Shown in pieces: positions 52,808-63,609 of a stretch of DNA of 64,000 nt (the first letter of the stretch is position 1; each line of letters begins with the position of its first letter). The notes below the pieces were generated by a model. It was not told where the DNA came from and searched no databases. It worked only from the letters and a program-made list of their open reading frames with translations. Source of the stretch: Bdellovibrionales bacterium (GTDB lineage: Bacteria; Bdellovibrionota; Bdellovibrionia; Bdellovibrionales; UBA1609); contig CBDCMT010000001.1 of the NCBI GenBank assembly GCA_965219095.1, positions 928,001 through 992,000 of the forward strand, written 5' to 3'. The translations under genes and the position numbers were made by a program.

Positions 52808-53321
52808 ACCTTTTGAGAGAGCTTAAATTTATAGAAGAAAGCAATGGATTCAAATGGGCTACAAATCTCAAAAAACTTCTTAAAGAGACTGTGGAGTTAG
52901 TTCATAAAAAAGAGTCAAGAGTTCTGACTCAAAAAGAGTACGAAACTCTTCAGAGAAGGTATAGGAGTATTCTTACAAAAGGCTTAAAAGAGCTTCCAGA
53001 ATTTCCTAAGAAAAATGGCAAGAAAGGACGAATAAAGCATACACAAGCTCAGAACCTTTGGCTGCGATTTAAAAAGTATGAAGCAGAAATACTGTGTTTT
53101 GCTAAAAGAAAGAACGTAGATCCTACTAATAACAGAGCTGAAAGAGATCTAAGAATGACTAAGGTGAAAAAGAAAGTGTCAGGGTGTTTCAGAACAGAAG
53201 AAATGGCAAAATATTTTTGTCGTATTACCAGCTATTTTAAAACAATGAGAAATAAAGGGTATTCTTCTTTAGAAGCCATCTCTATGGCTTTAAATAAAAA
53301 CTTACGAGAGTGAGCAGTTAC
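52808..53321 (+). mobile_element. IS66 (single-ORF type) 3' fragment with right end
   Basis: PTNNRAERDLRMTKVKKKVSGCFR; end GTGAGCAGTTAC. Confidence 0.88.
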
Positions 53322-53402
53322 AAATTATTAAAAAATAAAAACCCTTAATATTGTATTTTGAATGTGTATCAATTATAAAAATCTTTACAGGATCACAAAA
53401 CG

Positions 53403-55784
53403 TTACTTCTTATTCTCTTTTTCTTCTAAACGACGAAGCTCTTCTTCAAGAAGTTTTTCGTCCTCTAATTCCTCCTCGACATCCTCAAGCCCCTCTTTTT
53501 TATCTTCTTTCTTAGGAAAAATTTCGTTAAGAGGTGCTTCTTGTTTGTCGCCTTTTTTTAAATTCTCTTCTAAATTCAAAGAATCGTCTAAAGCTTCTTT
53601 CTTCTCTTTCTTATTTTTATGTGAAATAAGCTTAGAAAACTCCTCTTTATGAGGATCCACACCTCCTAAGTATTTATCAATAAAATCCAGTCTGTTTTTA
53701 AGAGTTTTGCTAAAAAGGTTTCTTTGCTCATCTTCTGTGCGTACAATGTGAGGCGTGATGAACATAACAAGATGACGTTTTTCAGTTTTTCTTAGATAAC
53801 CTTTAAAAAGCCATCCTATAAGAGGAAGGTCTCCTAAGATAGGAATTTTAGATTCGTTTTTCTGAGCCTTATCGCGTGCTAAACCTCCTAAAACAGCCGT
53901 TTCTTTATCATTAACTAAAATCGTAGTCTTAAGATCCCTTGTGTCAATAACCACACCGCCTCCCCTTCCTACTGTTGTGTCCTTTAACTGAGCTTGATCC
54001 TCTCTGACTTCCTCTATTTTTTGTTCCAATGATAATTTTACTTTATTTTTTCCAGGGCTAATGCGGGGGGTGAGTTTCATTTCAATTCTTGTTTTTTTGT
54101 ACTCAACAGAAGTTGTTGTCTGACCTGTGCCTACGACTGATTTTTGAATAGGAACATCAGAGCCTACGGAAATGACCGCTTCTTCATTATCTAAAGCCAT
54201 AATATTAGGACTTGATAAAACGTTACCTCCTCCATAATTTTTCAAAAACTTTATAAAACCTGATACAGATTTTACTTTTTGTGTCACATCTCCTAATTTC
54301 AACTCAACCATATCTCCAAAACCAAACCCGATTGTTCCTCCCCCATCATTGCCAACAGACAAAAAATCGGCTAAATTCCCTGTACTTACACCTATACGTC
54401 CTAAGCCATTTGTTCCTGGTATAAACTTATAGTAATTCAAATTCCATGTAAGCTGCTTGCTAGAAGAAAGCTCCATGATCACCATCTTTACAAAAACCTG
54501 ATCCCTTGGAATGTCCAGTTTTTCTAATAAACTAAGTATGGTTTTATAATCCTGCCTACTTGCTGAAATGATCAAACTGTTGGTCTTTTTCTCAGAAACA
54601 AGGGATATGTTCTCTCCTAATAGATTACCTTGTGAACCACTTCGTATAAAATCATCATCAAAACGAGAAGATCTTCTAGGAGGAGATCTTCTTCTTTGAG
54701 TTTTGTTTTTATCCTTGGCTATATTATTAATGGTTTTAGCTATCTCCTCAGCATCTCCGTACTTTACGTAATAGACATAGAGTCCTCCGCTATCGGTGAC
54801 ACTAAAATCCAGTTTTTTTACCAAATCTTTTATTTCCACAATACCAGCATCATTTCCCACAACCACAAGAGAGTTGGTTCTTTCGTCAGGAAGCACAACA
54901 GACAGTTTAGAGCTTTTCTTGTCATCTGAACTCCTCCTTCGTGAGCGAAAACTGTAAGATCTCCTTGATCGGGAAGAAACTGAAGAAGGATTTTTTTGTT
55001 TTTCTATGATCTCTGTTAAAAGACTGGCAAGCTCTTTTGCCTTTGCATGCTGTATTTTGAGTACAACCATCTTCTCAGCAAAGCCCTTAACATCTAAAGC
55101 CTTAATAATTTGAGTGATCCTTTCTATGGAGCTACCGTAGTCTGTGATAATAAGAGAATTCGTGGGAGCGTAAGCTTGGATGTTAGAACTTTTACTTGTA
55201 GCACTGCCCTTTAAAATATTAATCGTCTCGCCAGCATCAATAAACTTAAGTTTAATAATTTTTGTAATCACTTGTTCTATGTTAGGAAAGTAATCTCCTG
55301 AATAAGTTTCAATAGCATGTTTGGAGGCTTCGCTGGATTTAACAATTTTCAAAAATTTCCCTGATTGAACCACTGTATAGCCCTTGCTTGCTAAAGCTGC
55401 TAAAAAAGCTTGATAAGCCTCTGCTACAGTGATCTGACTAGGTGTTATAATGGAAATGTTGCCTGATATATTGGGACTGAGAATAAAGTTTTTTCCTGTC
55501 ATTCTACTAATAGCTTTCACAAGATCTTGAATATTAGCATTAGGATAATCAAAACTATCTATAATTTCAGGAAAGTTTTCATTGTTAATGTCTTCTGGAG
55601 CTGCAGTTTGAAAGCTCTTTGTACTCTTACCTCGACTAGGTAAAACAGGAGTTCTGCTCAGCCTGCTTCTTACTTTTCTTTCTTTTTCAGGATCAGAGGT
55701 TCTGCCATCAACTAAAACAACATAATTAAGACTCACAAAGAACAGATAAACAATGAACAAATAGAAAATATTTTCCTTTTTCAA
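53403..55784 (-). CDS. gspD: Type II secretion secretin GspD
   Basis: N0-N3 domains (TGKNFIL, TNSLII, DERTNSLVV), LDIPRDQV, ALDNEEA, KIPILGDLPLIGWLF. Confidence 0.93.
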   Translation of the reverse strand: MKKENIFYLFIVYLFFVSLNYVVLVDGRTSDPEKERKVRSRLSRTPVLPSRGKSTKSFQTAAPEDINNENFPEIIDSFDYPNANIQDLVKAISRMTGKNFILSPNISGNISIITPSQITVAEAYQAFLAALASKGYTVVQSGKFLKIVKSSEASKHAIETYSGDYFPNIEQVITKIIKLKFIDAGETINILKGSATSKSSNIQAYAPTNSLIITDYGSSIERITQIIKALDVKGFAEKMVVLKIQHAKAKELASLLTEIIEKQKNPSSVSSRSRRSYSFRSRRRSSDDKKSSKLSVVLPDERTNSLVVVGNDAGIVEIKDLVKKLDFSVTDSGGLYVYYVKYGDAEEIAKTINNIAKDKNKTQRRRSPPRRSSRFDDDFIRSGSQGNLLGENISLVSEKKTNSLIISASRQDYKTILSLLEKLDIPRDQVFVKMVIMELSSSKQLTWNLNYYKFIPGTNGLGRIGVSTGNLADFLSVGNDGGGTIGFGFGDMVELKLGDVTQKVKSVSGFIKFLKNYGGGNVLSSPNIMALDNEEAVISVGSDVPIQKSVVGTGQTTTSVEYKKTRIEMKLTPRISPGKNKVKLSLEQKIEEVREDQAQLKDTTVGRGGGVVIDTRDLKTTILVNDKETAVLGGLARDKAQKNESKIPILGDLPLIGWLFKGYLRKTEKRHLVMFITPHIVRTEDEQRNLFSKTLKNRLDFIDKYLGGVDPHKEEFSKLISHKNKKEKKEALDDSLNLEENLKKGDKQEAPLNEIFPKKEDKKEGLEDVEEELEDEKLLEEELRRLEEKENKK

Positions 55785-55800
55785 ATCACCTTCCCTAGCT

Positions 55801-56685
55801 TCACTCTATATTATACTTAAAAGTATTTGTTTGTCCATCACGTAAAACACTAATTTCTAAGTTTTTAGCATTTTTCAATTCATTGTAAATTTGAAGAGCT
55901 TTTTGAGGGTTATTTATATCCTCGCCATTGACCTCTAAAATACAATCTTTAACTTTAAAACCCAATTTTCTAAAAATACTAGAGCTTTTAATCCAAGAAA
56001 AACAAAAACCCTCAACCTTTCCTGTCTCTCCTCTGCGAGGTTTCATAGCAGCCTCCTTAAGAAGGTTTGGTAGATCAGCTGTTAGCTTGCTGATTTCAGA
56101 ACGTTTCAAATTAAAAGTAGAATCCTCTTTTGAAATCACAGGTTTTTGTTGGGGACGAAAGCCTAGAAACTTTGAGCTTTCCTGTTTTTCTAACTCCACG
56201 TATTCATAGGTCCTTTTTTCTAAGTTTAAAAATAAAACCTTTCCTCTTTCAATAAAATAAATTTGAAATTTTTTGGCAAGTTCTTCACTTTCTTTGCCTG
56301 CTAATATCTGCCCTCCTACATCAAAAGTAGCCACTGATTTACTAGGGTTCACATGCACGATCGTACCAATGAGTTTGACAGATAGACTTGTTAAAGTAGC
56401 TTGAGAGGGATCTGAAGCAATTTCTTGTTCTTTGTCCTCTCTTTGCAAAGGCTCAGGCATCACACCACTTGCCAAAAACCAGTTGGTTTTTTGAAGGTCA
56501 TGGTAAAAAAATGTAGAGGGCTTTAATTTTATGGTTTTCTTAACGAAAATGGGAAGGTTTTGAGGTAAAAAAGAGCTTCGATAAAAAACAAGCAACAAAT
56601 CAGCCATCATAATCCCAAAAGCCATAACGAGCATAAAATGAAGGTAAAAACCTTTTTTTAGTAAATAATCTAACATACTCACCAT
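55801..56685 (-). CDS. gspC: Type II secretion protein GspC (HR plus PDZ)
   Basis: TM, KLIGTIV HR domain, PDZ IFRKLGF...VNGEDI...VLRDG; upstream of gspD. Confidence 0.85.
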   Translation of the reverse strand: MVSMLDYLLKKGFYLHFMLVMAFGIMMADLLLVFYRSSFLPQNLPIFVKKTIKLKPSTFFYHDLQKTNWFLASGVMPEPLQREDKEQEIASDPSQATLTSLSVKLIGTIVHVNPSKSVATFDVGGQILAGKESEELAKKFQIYFIERGKVLFLNLEKRTYEYVELEKQESSKFLGFRPQQKPVISKEDSTFNLKRSEISKLTADLPNLLKEAAMKPRRGETGKVEGFCFSWIKSSSIFRKLGFKVKDCILEVNGEDINNPQKALQIYNELKNAKNLEISVLRDGQTNTFKYNIE

Positions 56686-56894
56686 TCAGACTAGCAAAGG
56701 AATACAAAAGACCAGAACTCTTTTTGAAAAATACAGACTAAAAGACAGATGAAAAAAAGGAGAAAAAAGATCCTGATCTTGCAATAATTATTGCTTAGCA
56801 TTATAAGAGGGTTTTGAAAAATCATTAGAAAGAATATTGTTTTTATGTTATTGATAAAAGAAAGAGAAAACAGGACTTAAAAACACAAAAGTTT

Positions 56895-57656
56895 ATGAAT
56901 TTTATAAAAGAAATAAAGACAAAAAAGTTTTGGACCGATGGCATAGGCTCTTTGATTTTAGCAGTACTGCTTGCCTTGTGTATACGTTGGGCTTTCTTAG
57001 AGGCTTACGTAATTCCCAGTGGTAGCATGCTTCCCAGCCTTTTGATCAATGATCATATTTTTGTGAACAAAATTATTTACGGAGTAAGAGCCCCTTTCAC
57101 AGGCAAATGGCTTGTTCGTTTGTCTGATCCTCAAAGAGGGGAAGTGATTGTCTTCCGTCCACCTGATGAACCTCATCGCTTTTTTATTAAAAGAATTGTG
57201 GGTATTCCGGGTGATAGAGTCTTCTATGAGAACGGAAGCCTTTATATCAATGACAAGTTAGTTGCTAAAAGGCCTGCTAAAAGCAAAAAAAGTGATTTTA
57301 AATGGCTTAGAGAAAGTGATTTTGCTTTTAGTGCTCCTGGTGCTCTTAAAAAATATGAACACTTTGAAGAAAACTTAGGAGAGAATACCTTTAGTGTTCT
57401 TCTAAAGAAGGACTCATTCCATGGAAACTTCGGCCCCTACACAGTACCTGAAAAAGGCTACTTTGTCTTAGGAGACAATAGGGATCACTCAAGTGATAGT
57501 CGCCTCTGGAAAACAAGTCACTTCGTTACTATGGATCTTATTTTAGGAAGAGCTAGTTTTGTATGGTTGAGTTGTGAAGAAACTATCTCTTGGATTCCTT
57601 TCCTCTGTAACCCTTTAGAACTCAGATGGTCTCGCTTTTTTCATTTTATGCACTAA
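56895..57656 (+). CDS. lepB: Signal peptidase I
   Basis: IPSGSMLP, FIKRIVGIPGD, GDNRDHSSDSR. Confidence 0.95.
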   Translation: MNFIKEIKTKKFWTDGIGSLILAVLLALCIRWAFLEAYVIPSGSMLPSLLINDHIFVNKIIYGVRAPFTGKWLVRLSDPQRGEVIVFRPPDEPHRFFIKRIVGIPGDRVFYENGSLYINDKLVAKRPAKSKKSDFKWLRESDFAFSAPGALKKYEHFEENLGENTFSVLLKKDSFHGNFGPYTVPEKGYFVLGDNRDHSSDSRLWKTSHFVTMDLILGRASFVWLSCEETISWIPFLCNPLELRWSRFFHFMH

Positions 57657-57786
57657 ATTTCTTTTTTCATATACAAGATTTCCCTTTATGTTGCAAAGCA
57701 CATTCTTAAAGAGGTTTGTTTGGTCTCTTTAAAAGGAGTTTTTTGCTAAACCTTGATTGTTATCTAGCAATTTGTTAAAAAAATTT

Positions 57787-58941
57787 ATGCACACTAAGCT
57801 TTTTACAAGTGAATCAGTATCAGAAGGACATCCTGACAAAATAGCAGATCAGATCAGTGATAGAATTTTAGATGCTTGCCTAGAACAAGATCCCTCATCT
57901 CGTGTAGCATGTGAAACTATGATCTCAACCAATTTTGTGACCATTTCAGGAGAAATTACATCGAAAGCCCAACTTAGAATAGAAGATCTTGTTCGTGATC
58001 AAATTCAGAGAATTGGTTATGACAACAAAGAAAAGGGATTTGATTACAAAACATGCAAAGTGTTTGTGGCTTTAGATAAGCAAAGTAATGACATCACTTT
58101 AGGAGTGAACCAAAAGGAAACAGGAGCAGGAGACCAAGGTATTATGTTTGGTTATGCTGTTAACGAAACTAAAGAGCTTATGCCTCTTTCCATTCAACTT
58201 GCTCATGAACTGATGTTTCAATTAACCCAAATAAGAAAAGAAAAAAAAGTGCCCTTTCTGCGACCTGACAGCAAAGCTCAAGTGACAGTGGAGTATGAAA
58301 AAGAAAAGATCAAACGTATTGATACTATTTTAGTATCAACCCAACACTCTTCTGACATAACTCAACAAGATTTAGAAGCCTTTTTAAGAGACGAGCTTAT
58401 TGATCAAGTCATTGACAAAAATCTTATCGATAGGAACACAAAAATTCTTATCAATCCCACAGGCCGGTTTGTAATAGGAGGGCCTAAAGGAGATTGTGGT
58501 TTAACAGGAAGAAAGATTATTGTGGATACTTACGGGGGACATGGATCTCATGGAGGAGGAGCCTTTTCAGGAAAAGACCCCACAAAAGTTGATCGTTCAG
58601 GAGCTTATATAGCACGTTATATAGCTAAGAACATTGTAAGAGCAGGGTTTTGTGAACGTTGTCTTTTACAGCTTTCCTATGCCATTGGCATTCCTGAGCC
58701 TGTGAGTGTTTTTATAGAAGACTACGGTACTTCTCGTTATCCCACTGAAGTGATTTTGAAAGCAGTCAAAGAGCTTTGGAGTATGAAGCCTAAAGACATT
58801 ATATCTGACTTAGAACTTTTAAAGCCTATTTACACAAAAACTGCAAGCTATGGGCATTTTGGGCGAAAAGACATAGATTTCAATTGGGAAAAAACAGATA
58901 AAGCTTTAGCCTTAAAAGATATAGTCAAAACCTTGTCATAA
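57787..58941 (+). CDS. metK: S-adenosylmethionine synthetase
   Basis: FTSESVSEGHPDK, GAGDQG, GGGAFSGKD; ATG start at 57787. Confidence 0.97.
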   Translation: MHTKLFTSESVSEGHPDKIADQISDRILDACLEQDPSSRVACETMISTNFVTISGEITSKAQLRIEDLVRDQIQRIGYDNKEKGFDYKTCKVFVALDKQSNDITLGVNQKETGAGDQGIMFGYAVNETKELMPLSIQLAHELMFQLTQIRKEKKVPFLRPDSKAQVTVEYEKEKIKRIDTILVSTQHSSDITQQDLEAFLRDELIDQVIDKNLIDRNTKILINPTGRFVIGGPKGDCGLTGRKIIVDTYGGHGSHGGGAFSGKDPTKVDRSGAYIARYIAKNIVRAGFCERCLLQLSYAIGIPEPVSVFIEDYGTSRYPTEVILKAVKELWSMKPKDIISDLELLKPIYTKTASYGHFGRKDIDFNWEKTDKALALKDIVKTLS

Positions 58942-58956
58942 AGCTACCATAAAAGT

Positions 58957-60756
58957 ATGAGTTCATCTCTCATTAGAAATTTTTGTATCATAGCTCATGT
59001 AGATCATGGAAAATCCACCTTGGCTGACTCCCTTTTACGAGCCACAAACACTCTCGAAGAAAGAAAAGCAAAAGCTCAGTTCCTAGACAATATGGAGTTA
59101 GAAAGAGAAAGGGGTATTACTATTAAAGCTCAAACAGTCCGTCTTTCTTATATATCTAAGGATCAAAAGACCTATCAACTCAATCTTATTGATACTCCCG
59201 GACATGTGGATTTTAGTTATGAAGTGTCTCGTGCCTTGGCTGCTTGTGAAGGGGCTATTTTAGTTATTGATGCTGCTCAAGGGGTAGAAGCTCAAACTCT
59301 CGCTAACGTGTATCTTGCTTTAGAGCATAACTTAGAACTTATTTTAGTTTTGAATAAAATTGATCTTCCTTCAAGCGATCCAGAAAAAGTGAAAAAAGAA
59401 GTAAAAGAAGCTCTTGGTCTTGACACAAAAAGTGCCATTTTAGCAAGTGCTAAAGAAAACACAGGTATTGAAAACATTTTAGAAGCCTTAGTAGAAAAAA
59501 TTCCTCCTCCTCAAGGAAAAAGGAATGCTTCTCTTAAAGCCTTAGTTTTTGATTCATGGTTTGATTCCTATCAAGGTGTTGTAGTTTTGATTCGTGTTGT
59601 AGAAGGGGAGATTGCGGTAACACAAAAAATCACTTTTCTGTCTTCTCAAAACTCTTATGAGGTTTTAGAGTTAGGTGTTTTTAATCCTTTTGCTAGAGAG
59701 TTAAAGCAACTTAAAACAGGAGAGGTAGGATTTCTTATTTGTGGAGTCAAAGATATAAGAGAAATTACTGTAGGTGATACTATCACTTCCCATCAAAAAC
59801 CTGCTGTAACACCTTTAAAAGGTTTTCAAAAAGTAAAACCTATGGTGTTTTCTGGAATCTTCCCTATTGATACATCTGAGTTTGGGAGCCTCAAAGAGGC
59901 TTTAGAGAAATTATCTCTCAATGATCCTAGTCTTACTTATGAACCTGAAAGTTCTCAAGCTCTTGGTTTTGGAATGAGATGCGGGTTTTTAGGTTTACTC
60001 CATATGGAAGTGATCAAAGAACGACTTGAAAGAGAGTTTAATTTAGATTTGATTTGTACAGCACCTTCTGTGATCTATAAAATCAGTAAAACAAATGGAG
60101 AGGTTTTAGAAATTGAAAATCCCTCACAAATGCCTGATGCTTCTCAAATTGCAGACATAAAAGAGCCTATGGTGAAAGTGTCTATCTACACTCCTTCTGA
60201 TTATATTGGTAGCATTTTAAACCTTTGTGAGGAAAGAAGAGGAGTTCAGATCAAAATAGACTATTTATCAACAGATAGAGTTGTCATTGAGTATAAGCTA
60301 CCCTTAAATGAAATTGTTTTAAACTTTTATGATCGTTTAAAATCCCTTTCAAAAGGCTATGCTTCTATGGACTATGAACTTTCAGGCTATGAAGCCTCCT
60401 TACTTGTAAAAATAGACATCCTCTTAGCAGGAGATCCTGTAGATGCTCTTTCTATCATTGTCCATAGACAAAAAGCTGAATACAGGGGACGTCTTTTAGT
60501 GAAAAAACTAAAAACTCTCTTAAAGCGACATCAGTTTCAGATTGCTATTCAAGCCGCCATTGGAGCTCAAGTTATTGCCCGTGAAACTTTAGGAGCCTAC
60601 AGAAAAGATGTCACAGCTAAACTATACGGAGGTGATGTTACTCGCAAAAGAAAGCTCCTAGAAAAACAAAAAGCAGGAAAGAAAAAAATGAAACAAATCG
60701 GAGCCGTAGAAATTCCTCAAGAGGCTTTCTTAGCTATTTTAAAAGTAGAAGATTGA
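58957..60756 (+). CDS. lepA: Elongation factor 4
   Basis: [42 protein letters not shown]. Confidence 0.97.
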   Translation: MSSSLIRNFCIIAHVDHGKSTLADSLLRATNTLEERKAKAQFLDNMELERERGITIKAQTVRLSYISKDQKTYQLNLIDTPGHVDFSYEVSRALAACEGAILVIDAAQGVEAQTLANVYLALEHNLELILVLNKIDLPSSDPEKVKKEVKEALGLDTKSAILASAKENTGIENILEALVEKIPPPQGKRNASLKALVFDSWFDSYQGVVVLIRVVEGEIAVTQKITFLSSQNSYEVLELGVFNPFARELKQLKTGEVGFLICGVKDIREITVGDTITSHQKPAVTPLKGFQKVKPMVFSGIFPIDTSEFGSLKEALEKLSLNDPSLTYEPESSQALGFGMRCGFLGLLHMEVIKERLEREFNLDLICTAPSVIYKISKTNGEVLEIENPSQMPDASQIADIKEPMVKVSIYTPSDYIGSILNLCEERRGVQIKIDYLSTDRVVIEYKLPLNEIVLNFYDRLKSLSKGYASMDYELSGYEASLLVKIDILLAGDPVDALSIIVHRQKAEYRGRLLVKKLKTLLKRHQFQIAIQAAIGAQVIARETLGAYRKDVTAKLYGGDVTRKRKLLEKQKAGKKKMKQIGAVEIPQEAFLAILKVED

Positions 60757-60827
60757 GCTAGGATGTCGTCAATTTAATGTGGTAACATTGTTGTAGGAAA
60801 GGGAGTGAAGGATGCTCAGTTAAGATA

Positions 60828-60901
60828 TATAGTGCTTCCGTTTAGGTTTTCAGTTTTTTTCTCTAGAGAATCGATCGGAAAATCTAAGCGTATTCACTAT
60901 A
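60828..60901. mobile_element. About 72-bp IS630-derived mini-element
   Basis: TAGTGCTTCCGTTTAGGTTTTC ... GAAAATCTAAGCGTATTCACTA inverted ends in TATATA context. Confidence 0.65.
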
Positions 60902-61338
60902 TAGTGCTTCCGTTTAGGTTTTCAGGTTCCTAAGATGGAGAAGTTATCAGTTATCAAAGTTTCTAATTTAGATCTGTGTTTTCGTATTCCTCTAAAAAAT
61001 TGACTTAAACTTCCCTTGAAATCGTCATAGTTTTCATAATATCGATTCGCCGTGACCTCTTTTTTCATAAACTTCCAAAGCCTTTCTATAGGATTTAAAT
61101 TCGGTGAGTACGGAGGAAGATAAACAAGTTTTATATTCAACTCTTTCGCTAACTTCTTGACAGACTTCGATCTATTGTATCCGGCCCCATCTAAGATAAG
61201 ATGAATCTCTTTTTCATCGGAATACTTCTTAATGAATATGATAGAGCATATCACATAGAAAAACTTCGTTAACTGTCTTATAACTCCTGACTACCGTCTT
61301 CAAACTATTGATCTCAATAGCTCCACAAACATTCACTC
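60900..61338 (-). mobile_element. IS630 3' fragment, diverged copy of 49713..50854
   Basis: Near-identical C-terminus LDGAGYN...ITDNFSILG and right IR. Confidence 0.9.
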
Positions 61339-61441
61339 TGAACTTCCCCTGTTTCTGCGGACAGTCAATTTTCTCTTAAAGTCTCCATAAAATGGAGATT
61401 TTAAGAGAAAATTGACTGTCCGCAGAAACAGGGGAAGTTCA
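61339..61441. repeat. 103-bp foldback made of two IS3 left ends
   Basis: 50-bp arms with one mismatch and a 3-nt loop; arms match 52758-52807. Confidence 0.92.
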
Positions 61442-62811
61442 GCATTTAGAAGAAGAGCGTGAGCGTTTAGAAGAAGAGAACAAGCGTTTAAAAAAAGATA
61501 ATGAACATTTTAAAAAAGAAAATAAGAAACTAAAAGAGGAGCTTCAATCAATACGCAAGCCTCCTAAGTGGGCTAAAAAGAACAAGAATAAAAATCCAGA
61601 TGGAAGCCTTAAAAAAGGAAAAAAGAAGGGTCCTAAAAAGGGTCATAAAGTTCATCGAAGAAAAAGGCCTGAGGAAGCGGATCAGGAGACCACTTGGACT
61701 TCACTGGTTTGTAGTAAATGTGACTCTGATCTTCCTCCCTCTCATAAGTGGCATGTTCACTATCAGGTGGATTTACCACCTGTAAGTCAAGTCATCACCA
61801 CGAAACACATTTTAGGCTGGAGTTGGTGCAGTTGTTGTAACAAGGAGGTTTCTGTCAGTGATAAGTTGGGAGCGAGTCTTTATGGTCCTAAGTTTCATGC
61901 TCAAGTGTGTTATTGGAAATATGAGTTGGGTTTAAGTTTTGGTAAAATAACAAATCTTTTGTCTGATCAATATGGTATGGAAATCAGTCGTGGTGTTTTG
62001 TCAGAGATTATAAGTCGTACGGCAAGGAAGTTTGAGGGGGCTTACGAGGATATCAAGTCCGTGTTATCGGAGCAGGGGCATTTGCATGCTGATGAGACAG
62101 GATGGAGAGTGAATGGGAACAGTCATTGGCTCTGGAGTTTTTCAAATGATGATGTGTCATTTTATAAGATTGATCAAACTCGTTCGCAAGATGTAGTTAA
62201 AAATGTTCTTGGAGAAGTTTTTCGTGGAGTTTTAGTTTCAGATTTTTATGCTGCCTATAACAAGATTGACTGTCAAAAGCAAAAATGTTGGCCCCATCTT
62301 TTAAGGGAGCTTCATGGGCTAAAAGAAAAACATCCTAAAAGCAAAGAAATTGCTCAGTTTTCTAAGAGAGCCAAACTTTTTTTCAAGAGGGGAAAAAGGT
62401 TGCAAAATGAATATGAGAGTAAAGAGAATATCGATCGAAAATACAAACTGCTTATGTGTGATACAGAAAAATGGGTATCAAAAAAATACAGAAGCCATGA
62501 CTTACAAAGACTTTGTAAACGTTTGGTCAAATATCGAGATGAAATTTATACTTTCATTAAGACTGGAGTAGACCCCACTAACAATTATGGAGAGAGGGAA
62601 ATTAGGCCTGCTGTACTTATGAGAAAAATCTCTTATTGCAATCGCTCAGAACAGGGAGCACATAACCAAGAGGTTATGATGAGTGTCGCTCGAACGGCCA
62701 AAAAACAGAATCTATCCTTCGTTGACATAGCTACTGAATACCTCTCTAAACATTAAAATCACTAGAATTTAAGTGAATAGTTACTAAAAACTTAAAGGGG
62801 TGAGCAGTTAC
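61442..62811 (+). mobile_element. IS66 single-ORF-type element, 5' truncated and frameshifted near 61700
   Basis: Coiled coil, GPKKGH, CxxC, ADETGWR, SDFYAAY, QKCWPHLLR, TNNYGEREIR; two right-end motifs GTGAATAGTTAC and GTGAGCAGTTAC. Confidence 0.88.
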
Positions 62812-62950
62812 AAAGTTTCTTGCATGGTAAGTAACAATACAAAGAATGACTTTATGAGGTGAGGATAGATAGCTTAACGAAGGCGTCTATCGTGCACATA
62901 TAAATACGCCTGTATCAAAATTAATTCCTAATAATTTAACATCTCTACTG

Positions 62951-63517
62951 CTACCTTTTCCACAGAAAGGGCTTCTTGTCGTATAGAGGAACATATATTC
63001 TGATCGCCGTATTATTATCTCGATTCTCACATTTCTTGATTCCAGCCTCAAAAAGAATTTTACGCTCATAATCATTTAAAATACCATGCTCATCATAAGT
63101 AAGATGCGGACTTACTTCAGAAGCACGAAAGCCTTTTGAATAAAATCCTTTGTCACACTCTCCTTGGGTAAAATAGAATGACTTGCTTTCAAATAATTCT
63201 ACGAAAGAGGACTGAGGAGTGGTTATTTTTTTTATTACTGGATCTTGATTCTCACATTTCTTGATTCTAGTACCAGCAACAAGAACCTTGAATTCCTTAG
63301 AAAGAGCCCTTGTTTCCTTAAACCCTTCTCTACACTCTCCTTGGGTAAGATAGAATTTTTCGGTTTCTGATGTTTTTATGAAAAAAGGAAGCTCCTCTGC
63401 ATTGACTAATAGAGCGGCTGTGCTTAAGCACAAAATAGGGATTAATAAAAAACTAAAATATTTCATTTGATTTTTTTCTCCTTTCAATTTCTTTGACCAT
63501 GCTTCAAACAAAGTCAT
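62951..63517 (-). CDS. Small exported protein with two Cys-bracketed repeats
   Basis: Signal peptide from MKYFSF (63466); FYxTQGEC..GF...IKKCEN.D twice. Confidence 0.7.
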   Translation of the reverse strand: MTLFEAWSKKLKGEKNQMKYFSFLLIPILCLSTAALLVNAEELPFFIKTSETEKFYLTQGECREGFKETRALSKEFKVLVAGTRIKKCENQDPVIKKITTPQSSFVELFESKSFYFTQGECDKGFYSKGFRASEVSPHLTYDEHGILNDYERKILFEAGIKKCENRDNNTAIRIYVPLYDKKPFLWKR

Positions 63518-63609
63518 TTGTTTTGGGTTTATTGATTTGGTTCATTTTACTTCTCCTTTCGATTTTTTTATTTAGGGTTAAAACCCCCGGGTTTTTTAAT
63601 TGTTAATTA

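Noticed and set aside
53362..53652. Ser-rich plus-strand ORF
   Set aside because: Antisense shadow of the Glu/Lys-rich GspD tail
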